64,000 bases of DNA, taken from Octopus bimaculoides (taxonomy: Eukaryota). The DNA is taken from positions 10,491,716-10,555,715 of the forward strand of contig NC_068990.1 of assembly GCF_001194135.2 (NCBI RefSeq), read 5' to 3'. This document shows positions 13,400-25,768 of the stretch, in pieces; position 1 is the first letter of the stretch, and the number at the start of each line of letters is the position of its first letter. The notes beneath the pieces were generated by a model, which saw only the letters and a list, made by a program, of their open reading frames with translations, was not told the origin of the DNA and searched no databases. The position numbers were made by a program, and so were the translations under genes.

Positions 13400-14100
13400 G
13401 ACAAAGGAACTAGAGAGAAACCGTCGAAAAAAGAGTAAGTTCTTTTATGGAATTCGGAATATAAACGCATGAATCTGCTTACAGAAGCTGCTAGAACAAA
13501 TTAATTCATGAGAAAAATGGCTGTAGACCCGAACTACCAAACGCAGACAGATCCATAACGCAAGAATATAATATAAGGATCGGATAGAACAAACTGAACT
13601 ACACGAAGGGCAAATAAACTTTCAAGAAACAAAATGCAAGACACAAAGAAAGAGCGAGTAGAAAATACACAAGACACTCCAGAAGAATGACGTCAAAAGA
13701 GGCAAACCTAAAAGCGTCTTCAGAAGTCGAAAGAGCAGCAAACCAATTAAAAAAAAATTATAAACCAGAAATTCCAGCATCTGTAAATAAAAGGAATACG
13801 ATTTACATCAGGTAGGTGAAGCAGGGAGAGAAGTGCATAGGAGAGAAGAATCAAGTTTCGGAAACTCTGAGAACAAAATGATATGCAAGTGTTAAACGAA
13901 AATAATTCACATTAAAAGAGGGTAAAATCTGAAGGTACAGTTGAAGCTAAAGAGTACAAGCATCAAAGTACCGATAATCCCTGCACGACATGAGAGTCCA
14001 GAGTGATGACAGACAAAGTTAACAAGCGGATAGCAGAGGACATTTCGCATATGAAGTCAATAAATTGCGTATTAAAAATAGGTACAAAATAAATATATGA
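13400..14100 (+). mobile_element. Heavily degraded non-LTR retrotransposon segment, possibly a Dong/R4 N-terminal region
   Basis: A-rich, coding-like sequence with many stops. The fragment TDKVNKRIAEDISHMKSINCVLKIG resembles my recollection of Dong-type N-terminal regions. Confidence 0.35.
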
Positions 14101-14357
14101 CTAGAAAGAAACAATGCATGAAGCAATATATTTCAAACTGAACAAAATGATATATTTATGTTTGGGCAACCATGATAGAGTAACAATACATTTCGTTTCC
14201 TTAACGCACTCTACAATTCTGGATTTTCGCCACTGTTGATATTGAAACTTAGATAATAACAATTTTCTATACGTTGAACAAAAAAGTTGCTGAGGTAGCG
14301 TTATTTATAATAGTTCTAACATGAATATTCATAAAACAATCATATATGTTCATCTGC

Positions 14358-14441
<84 letters not shown>

Positions 14442-16172
14442 ATGTTCCCATTTCTATTATCACGTGATTATGTGACCGACCAGACTATCAGATGTTACAC
14501 ATAGCTGGTCACAATGTGTTTTGCATCGTTTTAACCATCCAATGACGCCACCCCACAGGCTAGGTAACCAGGCCAATATTCCCACTCACTAACAATCGAA
14601 AGGGAACTGGAGAAACGTGTAATGGAATTTTGGTTCAAGAAGATAATTTGCCGCCTGGTTTGGCAATCGAATTCACGATGTAGCGATCGTGAGTACAACA
14701 ACCTGACCCTTAAGCTATCTGCTGGTGTGTTTGAAATCATCTGCAACTCTTTATTACATGGTTTGGATTATGTAAGTGTCAAGAACGGAAAAATATATTC
14801 ATGGCTGTAGTAAATAGTCTCACACCAAACATTCAGTTACCAACATAGATTCAAATTAGCAACTATCTATTCTGTATTTGATATTCTGCTCGTTGCCTTG
14901 GTAACGATCGCTTTAATCACACAATATAAATTCTATGATTAGTACTCATTCCAGTGTCACTTTCATGATATACTATTTCTTTCCCTATTGGCCATGCTAA
15001 ATATATTATGTAATTAATGTATGCCTTGATTTAATATTATATTAATCAGATGCGTAAACAAGATGATACGCTTGTTATCATTATTCAGTCAGTAACATAT
15101 GGTTTTTGACATATCATAAATCTAATTGTTTAATTGAGCATAACATTCTAATATTGAATTTTTATATATCTACACCCCATCTGCCTATTTATTTATACTA
15201 TCAATTGGGTATATTTAGGTATAAATGTAACAATGTGAGAGCTTCTATAGTAAACTTTCTTCCACTTCGGTTTCATAATCTAGACCATCATACAGGAAAA
15301 AAATGGAACACAGTTACCTGTAATGTTTGAATTCATTTCTCTTATTTTTGTATAGGAATTCAGACTTCCATACACAATATACCTGCTGTTATACGCCTTC
15401 AAAAATTGAAATTTGTCTCACCAACTTGTAGTTACCGATTTTATCTAGTCTTTAGCAATATCAACCCACACTGAGGAAATCAAATACACAGCTACAATAG
15501 CTCGTGTGTAATTGTATATAGAGTGGAAGAAAAATTGCTTTCTGGTACTAAACTCTGAATCACATACTCATCGAATAATAGAAATATCTGTAAACATCTG
15601 TAAGACAACCAATTGCATTTGGTAAACAAGCAATGAAAGGCACAATCAATGAATTTACATAAATTGATTAACCTACTGTAACTCAGGTTAAACCTGTTGA
15701 AATTTTGAAGATAGTTATAAAAATAAGGAAAACAAACACACGGAGGTGTCTAGTTAACATTTGTTGCAGTAAAGAAACCAAATACAACGGCCATCAAACG
15801 AGGAAAGTGAGTTAATATAGTTCAAGGGAGCACGACTCGAACGATCGTGAACATAGGTTTTAGAAACTAGGACTGTTCGAGCTGAACAACATTTAATACT
15901 AGACAAAACACAAAGCTTCAATTAGCTTGTCGATGTCATGTTGTAATTTAATGAAACGGGTTCAAATTCGTCCATATTTCCTGAGGTAATGTTTAAGAGA
16001 ATAACGTATATTAATACAATTCTATGCAGGTATTGGTACTGAATGGTACTTTTATTGCCTTGTGAACGTAATTATATAGCTAGATAAATATGATTGGTGG
16101 TTCACAATTCCCTAATATGATATCCTAATCTCGACACACATACACACACACACACGCACACACACACATACG

Positions 16173-16244
<72 letters not shown>

Positions 16245-16345
16245 GACAGAGAGAGAGAAAGAAAGACACAGAGAACGATAGAGAGAGAAAGAGAGATGAA
16301 TATACATGTATATACTTATATATACACATGTATGTATATGTATAC

Positions 16346-16378
<33 letters not shown>

Positions 16379-17096
16379 AACACACAAACACACACCCACA
16401 CACATATATATATATACATACACACATATACATTTATATATACATACATGCATATTTACGTGTGTGTGTTTATATGTCTTTGTTTGTATTAGCGTGCGTA
16501 CTGCCCATATAGATATAATGGGTTCAGCAATTACATGTTAATAAGGAGATTATAATCAGGCAGAAAAGGCAGCTATAAAATCTAATGAGCTGATATAATT
16601 GGGGTTAAATGATTAGGGCAGCATTAACCAATGTAAAATGCCGTCTCAATTGAACTATTTCCACGTTTTCGCACTTAATCAATGATATATATCCTCTTGC
16701 CAATTATCACTACGGTTTGCAGCTGTAGCTAAGTTAATATAGGAAAGACAGGATGATGATAGCGATTATGATAATGTTAATATGCTAAAAATAATGATGT
16801 AATAGCTTGATTCAATAGGACATGTCGATATGGAAGCAGATATATTTGATTGATTTTATGCGTAGTGCATTATTGTTATTAATCTCTATATGCATCAGTG
16901 AACAACGCCCTTGCCAACATACAGTTGCAGATTTGATATAAGAAATAAAAAAATATATAATAAAAGAAGGCTACTGAAAATATGACATTCTTTTCGTTTA
17001 ATTATCCATTCTGCAGGGGTTTCATGTATACATTTACAAATACGAACTTCAGCCATACACATAGATATATGCATACAATTATACACACATACATAC

Positions 17097-17128
<32 letters not shown>

Positions 17129-17631
17129 NNNNNNNNNNNNNNNNNNNNNNNNNNNNNNNNNNNNNNNNNNNNNNNNNNNNNNNNNNNNNNNNNNNNNNNN
17201 NNNNNNNNNNNNNNNNNNNNNNNNNNNNNNNNNNNNNNNNNNNNNNNNNNNNNNNNNNNNNNNNNNNNNNNNNNNNNNNNNNNNNNNNNNNNNNNNNNNN
17301 NNNNNNNNNNNNNNNNNNNNNNNNNNNNNNNNNNNNNNNNNNNNNNNNNNNNNNNNNNNNNNNNNNNNNNNNNNNNNNNNNNNNNNNNNNNNNNNNNNNN
17401 NNNNNNNNNNNNNNNNNNNNNNNNNNNNNNNNNNNNNNNNNNNNNNNNNNNNNNNNNNNNNNNNNNNNNNNNNNNNNNNNNNNNNNNNNNNNNNNNNNNN
17501 NNNNNNNNNNNNNNNNNNNNNNNNNNNNNNNNNNNNNNNNNNNNNNNNNNNNNNNNNNNNNNNNNNNNNNNNNNNNNNNNNNNNNNNNNNNNNNNNNNNN
17601 NNNNNNNNNNNNNNNNNNNNNNNNNNNNNNN

Positions 17632-17676
<45 letters not shown>

Positions 17677-18264
17677 AATGCATTCATACGGGCGTATTGT
17701 GTGATGAAGTAAATCTACTAACATTATTAGAGATCGCAATAGTGTACTAATAGCTGTTGGACTTACAATACCTTTCTTCCGATACCTTTTTCTTACAATA
17801 CCTTTCTTCTTGTCTCTGTCATTTACACTCTGTGTAAGTTGATCCTAGTAATATAAATATCTCGTGAATTCTTTCAGCATAATGTCTGTACTACCCTGTG
17901 TGACTATATGGCCACAAAAACCCAGAATCTAAAAAGCCAACCAATTTGGAGTTATCACTAAGCAAACGGATATCAGATGTTTCTTTTCAATATTCTGCAT
18001 ATACACAGTGTTATAAGAGTCGTTCTGCAAGTTTGTCATCGAACAGAGCTGAGAAGATATATCAGCCGTTCAGTCTCTTCGAATCCTGTTGAATTCCTTT
18101 GAATCCCCATTTCATTCTCTCTGCAAAATGTTGCACATCCTAAATAGTATAGGGATTCAGGAAAAAAGCCAATTTAGAAAACAATACACATCTAAAAACT
18201 ATTATCTGTCTCCGTTTTGCTCAAAACCGTCCCTCAGGCAACTGAAATAAGAGACCATAGAAAC

Positions 18265-18370
18265 CTTTATTGGTGGCATATGTGTTGAGCAAACCATATT
18301 TTTTCTGTAATAGCTTACGAGCACGTGTGTTGAACGCCATCTTTCCATGCATCCTGGCGTTGATTTCAAA
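18265..18370 (-). CDS. Candidate internal exon (FEINARMHGKMAFNTRA[RKLLQKKYGLLNTYATNK]), unknown protein
   Basis: gtgtag| acceptor, phase 0; donors C|gtaagc (after 18319) or AAG|gtttct (after 18265). GC-richer than the flanks, with protein-like composition. Confidence 0.3.
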
Positions 18371-19304
18371 CTACACGTAAATATCAGACATACTTTACAA
18401 AATAAATTAACATTCAATATACGAAGATCATACTATATATCATGTAAGCCACCTTATAACTCTCCCTTTTGGAGTTTATGTTATCTCTGTCTGTGTTAAA
18501 TTTCGGATTTTGTTATTGGGCAATAGAAGAGAGTTTCATATGATATATCCATTCTATTCATTTTATATCCCGGCAGCAACCCTTTCTGAGTACTTCTGTT
18601 TGATAATCAATTGTATCGAGATTGAAGTAACTGTTCTTACTATTAATGTTACGCAATAATTACTGTTTGCTCATCATTATCGAGGGCAAACGTTTACAAA
18701 GTCAGCTTGTTCTTTAATCTCTGTATTTTGATTTAAACATTTCTTAGAATGATATACTTATTGAAAAACAAAGAGAAACTGCTACGTGAAATTGCTAGAA
18801 TAATTTTTTATTTTTCTAAATAAATATTTCTAGAAGATAATTGTTTTCAATGTCCAAATTAAAAGTAGAGACTTCTAAAATTCACCATGTCCTTGGTTTA
18901 GAAAATGAACATCAAAAACAATACCTTACACAAATAAATCGTTTTAACAATCGAAATCCTTGAGAACACCGTACACTTTAATACCGGCGGAAAATAATGA
19001 TAGTGATAATAACAATTTTAACGGTAACGACAAGCACTAGAACAACAACGAAAGAATAATAATGATGATGATGATGATGATGATGATGATAATAATAATA
19101 ATAATAATAATAATAATATGAACAAGAATTGGCACGCAAGCAAAGGAAAGGAAACACGTTGCAAACAGAAAACCAGACAAATTAAACAATTAGCAAGGAG
19201 ATATGTGAAGTGACGACGACAATATAATTTTCAAGTGTACGTGCGTGACCAGAGAGTTGGTGAGAATCAAACAGAGACATTGACACGCATACACACATAT
19301 ACAC

Positions 19305-19343
<39 letters not shown>

Positions 19344-20017
19344 CTTAAATACATATATGGTGTGTGTGTGTGTGTGCAGTAAAAGAGTGAGAGTGGGGTT
19401 AAGCAAGGTCAATGATAGAAAATCAATAAGAATGCAGACAACAGAGATATACGCAGGAAGCTGACGTGAAAGGAAGTGATGTGGCGGCAGTTCAGTCCGA
19501 TGCTTGAGTGAGTGCCATAGAAAATAACACATGTAATTGACTGTAAATTGTTGCGCCTAGAATATATTAATTTTTTCATTACTTAACTGAAGAGGTAGTA
19601 GCACCCATGACAATTTGCGTTCTAATTTCTAATGGTTAGATCGAAAAAAATGAGTATACTGATAAAATGTCGGCACCTTCGGTGACTTCCTATTTCTCTG
19701 AGAATTAAAGGAAGAAGTGCAAAGCAATGGCTTAAGGAAAGCAACTGCGATGTGTAATTGTTTCAAGCTACTAGTAGTTCTCACAGACAATGTAAAGAAA
19801 AATGCATTCACAGGCGTATCAATGTATCGCTAGACGGATACAGTAGCGTCAGGGAAAATTCCCGCAACGTGATGCAGTGACGTGGCGGGGTGGATTCGTA
19901 ATTAAATATATATCCTCCCGTGAATACGTATGCAGAGTTGTGGTGTATACGAAATTAGAGATACATAGATATCACATTTTGAAAAAAACGTATGCATGTA
20001 ATTTAGAATATCATTTA

Positions 20018-20084
<67 letters not shown>

Positions 20085-21060
20085 TGTATATAAAAAAATA
20101 TAAATGTCGATATGTGTATGCATAATAAAATTTATATCTTCGTAAGGGACTGGATAATATCTAAAAGCTATATAAGCTGGAGTTTTTCAGTTGTTATGTA
20201 TCAGTCAATTGACTAAATAAATATCCATAATTTTGTTTACCATGGTCTTAGGTTTCATGGCGGTAATGCTTTAGTTACTTTTATCTTTATATATGCCTGT
20301 GTATCTCTCTAATTATATATGCATAAATGCGTATATATGTGCATTTTATACAAATGCTCACACACACACACACATATATATGCGTAATTAAATGTATATG
20401 CATATATATATAATATTCTCCCAATTTCCTTTGGAGGCCTTGGCTGACACGGGTAGCAGAAACAAGTGTAAGCAATGTTAAAGTTTTGTATTAAAAAACA
20501 ATTAACCGATGGTAGTTAATCCATTTGTTGTTCAAAAGTTTTCTCAATTTTCTGCTCATTTTTAATTTGATTCCTCATAAACTCTTGTTTATTATATTAT
20601 TACCTGTATCCTATGAGCATACTATGCTTTCATATCCATGCCCAGGGTTAACATAGGTAATTTATACCGGTAGTAATAACGAACATTCTTATCCCTTAGA
20701 CCGTTATTCCAACCTGTAACTCTACTTACCTACACACACACACACACACACACCCACACATACACACACACACACATATGCATATGTGTGTGCGTGTGTG
20801 TGTATGTGTGTGCGTGTGTGCATCATGCATTCACACAAAGATAGCCACGCTTTGATTGAATTCCTCTGTAGATTAAGTACATACAATCGTTATGTATATT
20901 GCAAAGGTGTGAAATATCAATTACCATGATTAATGCTATTATCATTGCTGCTGTTCTTGTCCTTCTCATTGCTTCTATCATCAACAATTACTAGCAATCA
21001 TCATTAGTTGATGATATACATTGATATACATCGATATCTATATCTATCTATGTATCTATG

Positions 21061-21112
<52 letters not shown>

Positions 21113-21523
21113 CATCCATCGATATATATATATAGATGGCTACAGTGAATTTGCCTTTTAGCTGTTGAAATATGTCATCAATATATTTTAACTAACTTAA
21201 ACGTTCCTTATGCCTAAACACTGCTTGACTCTAATATTACGGTAATTTCCACGACCTGGCTGTATATTGACGCGAATCAATCAGTGTTGTTGACTGTATT
21301 TTATGTAACACTACACCTTAATATGTTCTGTCCAGAGTTGCTTGTCGATGCAATATGAAAGAATTGCTTGATTAACAGCTAAGGAGCTAGAAAATCGATG
21401 TCTGGGAAACCTAACAGATGGTGACACTGGACACATATGGTGTATTTACACCTATTTACTATAAGAATAATTTCTCCTTGGTAAGTAAATGAATTTGACT
21501 TTTGATTGTTGCAATGGTGAAAT

Positions 21524-23176
21524 GTGACACGGATATTTTTTATCACCTACACTTTGAATATATATATATATGGATCTAGGTCTTTTTTATCTAAAACGCT
21601 TTGGTCTAATGCACTATGGTCTAAAGTATCGTTGGTCTAAAGTGACTTTTGTATAAAAATACTATAGTCTCAAGACATTTTTGTCTAAATTCCCTTTAGT
21701 ATAAACACATTTTTGTCTAAACTCACTTTGGTCTTAGAAATGTTTTGTCTCTAGAAACTAAGAAAAAATGTAAATGATTTAAATAACTATGCTCGAATAA
21801 TCCTTTCTTGTGTAAAGAACTATCGTCCAATGATTATTTTGTTATAATGACTTGTTTGTTTTACGACACAAACTGTATAAATTTAAGTTTCCCAATAATC
21901 CTTTTTGTACAAAGAACTATCGTCTATTGATTATTTTGGTATAATGACTTCATTGGTTCACGACAATTAACTGCAGAAATTAGTTTCCCCGTAAGTGGTT
22001 TACATATATCTCAATGTTTTCGAGTCGTGAATCTTATTATACATTCTTCGTATTTTAGTTATGCTAGTGAAGTTGATCAAAAGAGAATTTTGATTTTTGC
22101 AGGATCATCATACTTGCAAAACCTAGGTTCATCAAAAAACCGGTCCCAAGATATTTTACCAAGTATATACATTCATACCGAAATCCACTGTGTAATACAT
22201 CCTGTTGTTTTTGTATTGCTACCAGAGTAGTCGGAAGAAATGTACGTTAAAATGTGTACGGTCTTGTAGAAGGGATGGAAGCTCACGATATTGACATAAC
22301 AGAGGTGATCATGGACTTTGAACTGGCAGCTCTAAACGATGTTAAAGCATGTATAATTAATTCTATTGAAGCATGACATAGGCGATGTTGTGTCTCAGAT
22401 CATATTCAAATCTATATAACGTTCTTGATGTTCTAAGTAGAGAAGAACAATTCATCAAAACAAGGTTATCTCATCTTACCGTAGAGAAAAACCCCAAGAA
22501 GAAAAGTACCAAAAGCAGCATGAAGAGTGAAAAGAATATTATAAGTTATTGCCAATTACCGGAATCGATCAATGAGACATTACCTTCGTAAAATTGCATA
22601 TAATCTGGGTTCTTTTTAAAATTTCATTTTCATTCGCATTGATGTCCTAAATGTCGATATAGTTGATACTTAAACATGAATGCTACAATTACGTCGCCAG
22701 GAATGGTCTACTGGTCTCGTCGATAGGAGATGGTATATCTTTGCTCTCCTGCTCAAAACTTTACCGTATGCAGCTGTGCATCGTTTACCACTTAGAGCTA
22801 TACTCTTCGGGTTAAACAATCGCAGTAGAATCCGATCGAACAGACAGCCATGTTAAAGTGGCTACGAATTTTACTTGCCATTTTCATTTTATTCTTATAC
22901 TGATAAATCTATATACTATCTCAAGCATATATATATTACGCATATTTGTAAGTTATTTATGAATAGATACAATCAAACATGTTTCGTTATAAGTGTCATT
23001 TTACCAAAGTATCATTATACCAAGGTGTCTTTAGATGAAAGTGTCCTTAGATGACTGAGATTTAGACGGATATGATTTAAGACAAAAGTGTCTTTTGACG
23101 AAAATGCTTTTCGAACAAAGTGTCTTAGACTAAATTGGTTTAGACCAAAGTGCTTCAGACCAAAGTGCCGTATCAC
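21524..23176 (+). mobile_element. Internally deleted Mutator-like (MULE) DNA transposon with repetitive subterminal inverted arms
   Basis: The interior translates to invertebrate MULE motifs: RILIFAGSSYLQNL; IYIH..HPVVFVLLPE*SEEMY; VIMDFELAALN; NSIEA*HRR (NNxxEGWH-like); YLRKIAYNL. Ends carry ~15-bp ttggtctaa-type repeats (21577-21740) mirrored by ttagaccaa repeats (23020-23176). Termini gtgacacgg / ccgtatcac. Confidence 0.8.
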
Positions 23177-23469
23177 ATATATATCTAATATATGTGATAT
23201 ACATATAATATCTATCACATATAATATCACATATAATATCTACCTGTTGTCTCCTTCTCATGTTTCGTTACGCCCCACATGATCTAATGTTTAGTCGATG
23301 AATGAGCGTTACTGGTACTATATATGAGTGTTTGCTTGTGTGCCTATGTGTGTGTGCGTGCTTGTGTGTGACTGTTGATGTTGAAACTGACTCTGATTTA
23401 ACGAAAAGTAGGATCAATTCTGTTTAGCGGGTTCACATTTTGGCAGAGGTCCACCAACTGCAGAGAAAG

Positions 23470-23612
23470 ATGCAAGTCGATAACATCAACCCCAGTGAAA
23501 AACTGTTACTTATTTTATCGAGTCTCTTGCGATGAAAGGCAAGATGAATCTTTGTGAACTCATAACTTAAGGACGGCTGCTGTTAAGCATTTTTCTGTGG
23601 TGCTATAGCATC
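23470..23612 (-). mobile_element. Degenerate tRNA-derived SINE, family A
   Basis: The reverse complement (aagcggcgatttggcggatgctatagcacc...tttcatc...tcgataaaataagta...ctggggttgatgttatcgact) matches the copies at 37106, 47158 and 61484. Confidence 0.65.
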
Positions 23613-24179
23613 CGCCAAATCGCCGCTTTACTCCATTCTGTATATTACTCTAATGTTGGTCGATTTAAAGACTGAATGTTACGCTGAACGAATATGAACA
23701 ACATATTTGCAGAGTAATATGATCAGAAAAGATGCCTACTCTGCAAGGGAACAACAGAAGAAATTGTGTAATTAAACAATACTTCAGTTGTTGATAGAAA
23801 ACGATAAGCATAAGCTACTAAATACAACGGAATATTCATGGGACATCCATGTTATATGTTTAGTAAATGAATTAGTACTAACAAGCATATCACTTATCTT
23901 CTTTTTAAAAACTGATGACATATACCTACATGCATTCCCACCATACACGCATACACACACACACACGCACGCATTAATATGTTAAACTTATTTAGAGTTA
24001 TGTGAGTTAAAATGCCCAAAATCAGAAGTATATCACGAAACCGTTGCTCGATAGTAACATTAGATAATAAATAATATAGTCTTGAAGCAATTATAGAAAC
24101 GAGGATATATATGTATGTATATGTGTGTATAAATGCATACTTACGTACGTATATTACATACAGCATACATACATATGTG

Positions 24180-24227
<48 letters not shown>

Positions 24228-24879
24228 AATAAGTATGTGTGGCTGTGTGTTTATATTTATATACTGTTATATGGGTGGGATAATGCTCAGCCAGTCTGTG
24301 AAGATTGGTATCAAATACTTCAAGCTAATCTCACAATAGACCGCTCTATTAATTTCATTTAATTTTGTCTTCATTGTACAGATGTATGAATAACATAATA
24401 ATAAAGAATGTGTCATAAATATATGTCCTAAAGACCGTTACATGATATTAAACTAAAGTCTACGGTGTGCAATTGAGTGTGGATTGTTACCTTGTCTTTT
24501 CAGGTTTGTTGCTAAGGATTACGGATTGATTAGAATTATATATACTCTTAGTTATCCCACCCTCCTTTGCTGAGTTGCTACCTCTTCCCTATCTTTTGTT
24601 TCTCTAGTGCAAACAATATCTGTTAAATATCTGTAACATCTAAATTTGCTACTTGCATGTCTAATGAACGTAGAGTACTCAATGGGCTTAATGTCGGTAA
24701 AATCTACATTAATTTCCACTTTACAACTCAATTGATACAATACAATGGCTGCACATATACGGAATGTTCAAGATTGGAGACCATTGATTGTAGGCTATTT
24801 CTGTGAAGATCAACCAGTAGCAAACAGCAACACCAACGACTAAGAGTGTTCCGAAAATATATCAAGAAAGATACCTGTT

Positions 24880-24965
24880 ATGTCTCAAGCTACTGCTATC
24901 TAGCACCTTCGGATGACCTCTACTCAACCGCTACACAACTGCTACTCGACTGCTACTCAACACTC
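24880..24965 (+). repeat. Dispersed repeat with 11-bp GCTACTC subrepeats (second copy at 42162-42258)
   Basis: tatgtctcaa(c)gctactgctatctagca.cttcggatga.ctctactcaaccgctacacaactgctactcgactgctactcaac is present at both sites. Confidence 0.85.
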
Positions 24966-25663
24966 CTACCACGGCCACAGTACATCTATTTATATGTCTT
25001 GGGAGATCATACTTCTTCGCCTGGGGGCGTCGACACAACAATACCGATAACATTTCCAGAGCTGGAAACATTTAAACTGATGATATTGGCCGAGATTTTA
25101 ATAGGTATTTAATCTGATCTTATTTGAAATATTTATTTTGATGAGACCTAATACGTTTCAGCGCATGCAGATATCATTTGCGTGTAGCATGATTACTTTT
25201 CCTGAAGAGTTGAAATTATTGCAAAGTGTAGTAAAAAAAAAAGAAAAAGATGCTGAAGCTTTATAATTACGGAATATACATAAATATATTTGCTAGTTAA
25301 AATATTTCATCTTTATATTTCCGATGTCTAGGCTTTAGAATTAATTTGAAGTTTGCGTTGGTGTAAGTAGCAATTTCTAATGAATGCTGTTCGTGTACAT
25401 CAGAAGTAATACTTTTCCTTTGATAAAAGCTTAATGAACCGTGAAACATGACATGAGAACTAGCTTTAAATAAAGTAAAGAAAGAATATATTTACATTTG
25501 TTTAAAGTTTTGCAGTAAAAGATTTATAAAACGTAGATTTGTTATTTAAAATTAGGTCTTAAACGTGACAGTTTTATAATGCATAAACATTTATTAATTA
25601 CTTAATGATGCCGTCAAAGACAAATTAGGTCAAGCATTAATGCTACCTTCAAATTAGTGTTTG

Positions 25664-25768
25664 ATTTAAATGTTAATCTAATGGATTTAAATGCTAATCT
25701 AATGGATTTAAATGTTAATCTAATGGATTTAAATGCTAACCTAATGGATTTAAATGTTAATCTAATGG
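25664..25768. repeat. 21-bp minisatellite x5 (ATTTAAATG[T/C]TAATCTAATGG)
   Basis: Five tandem units; T/C variants alternate. Confidence 0.95.

Noticed and set aside
25664-25768. CRISPR-like array (also 28423-28620 and 21577-21740)
   Set aside because: The units are contiguous without unique spacers, no cas genes are present, and the context is eukaryotic.
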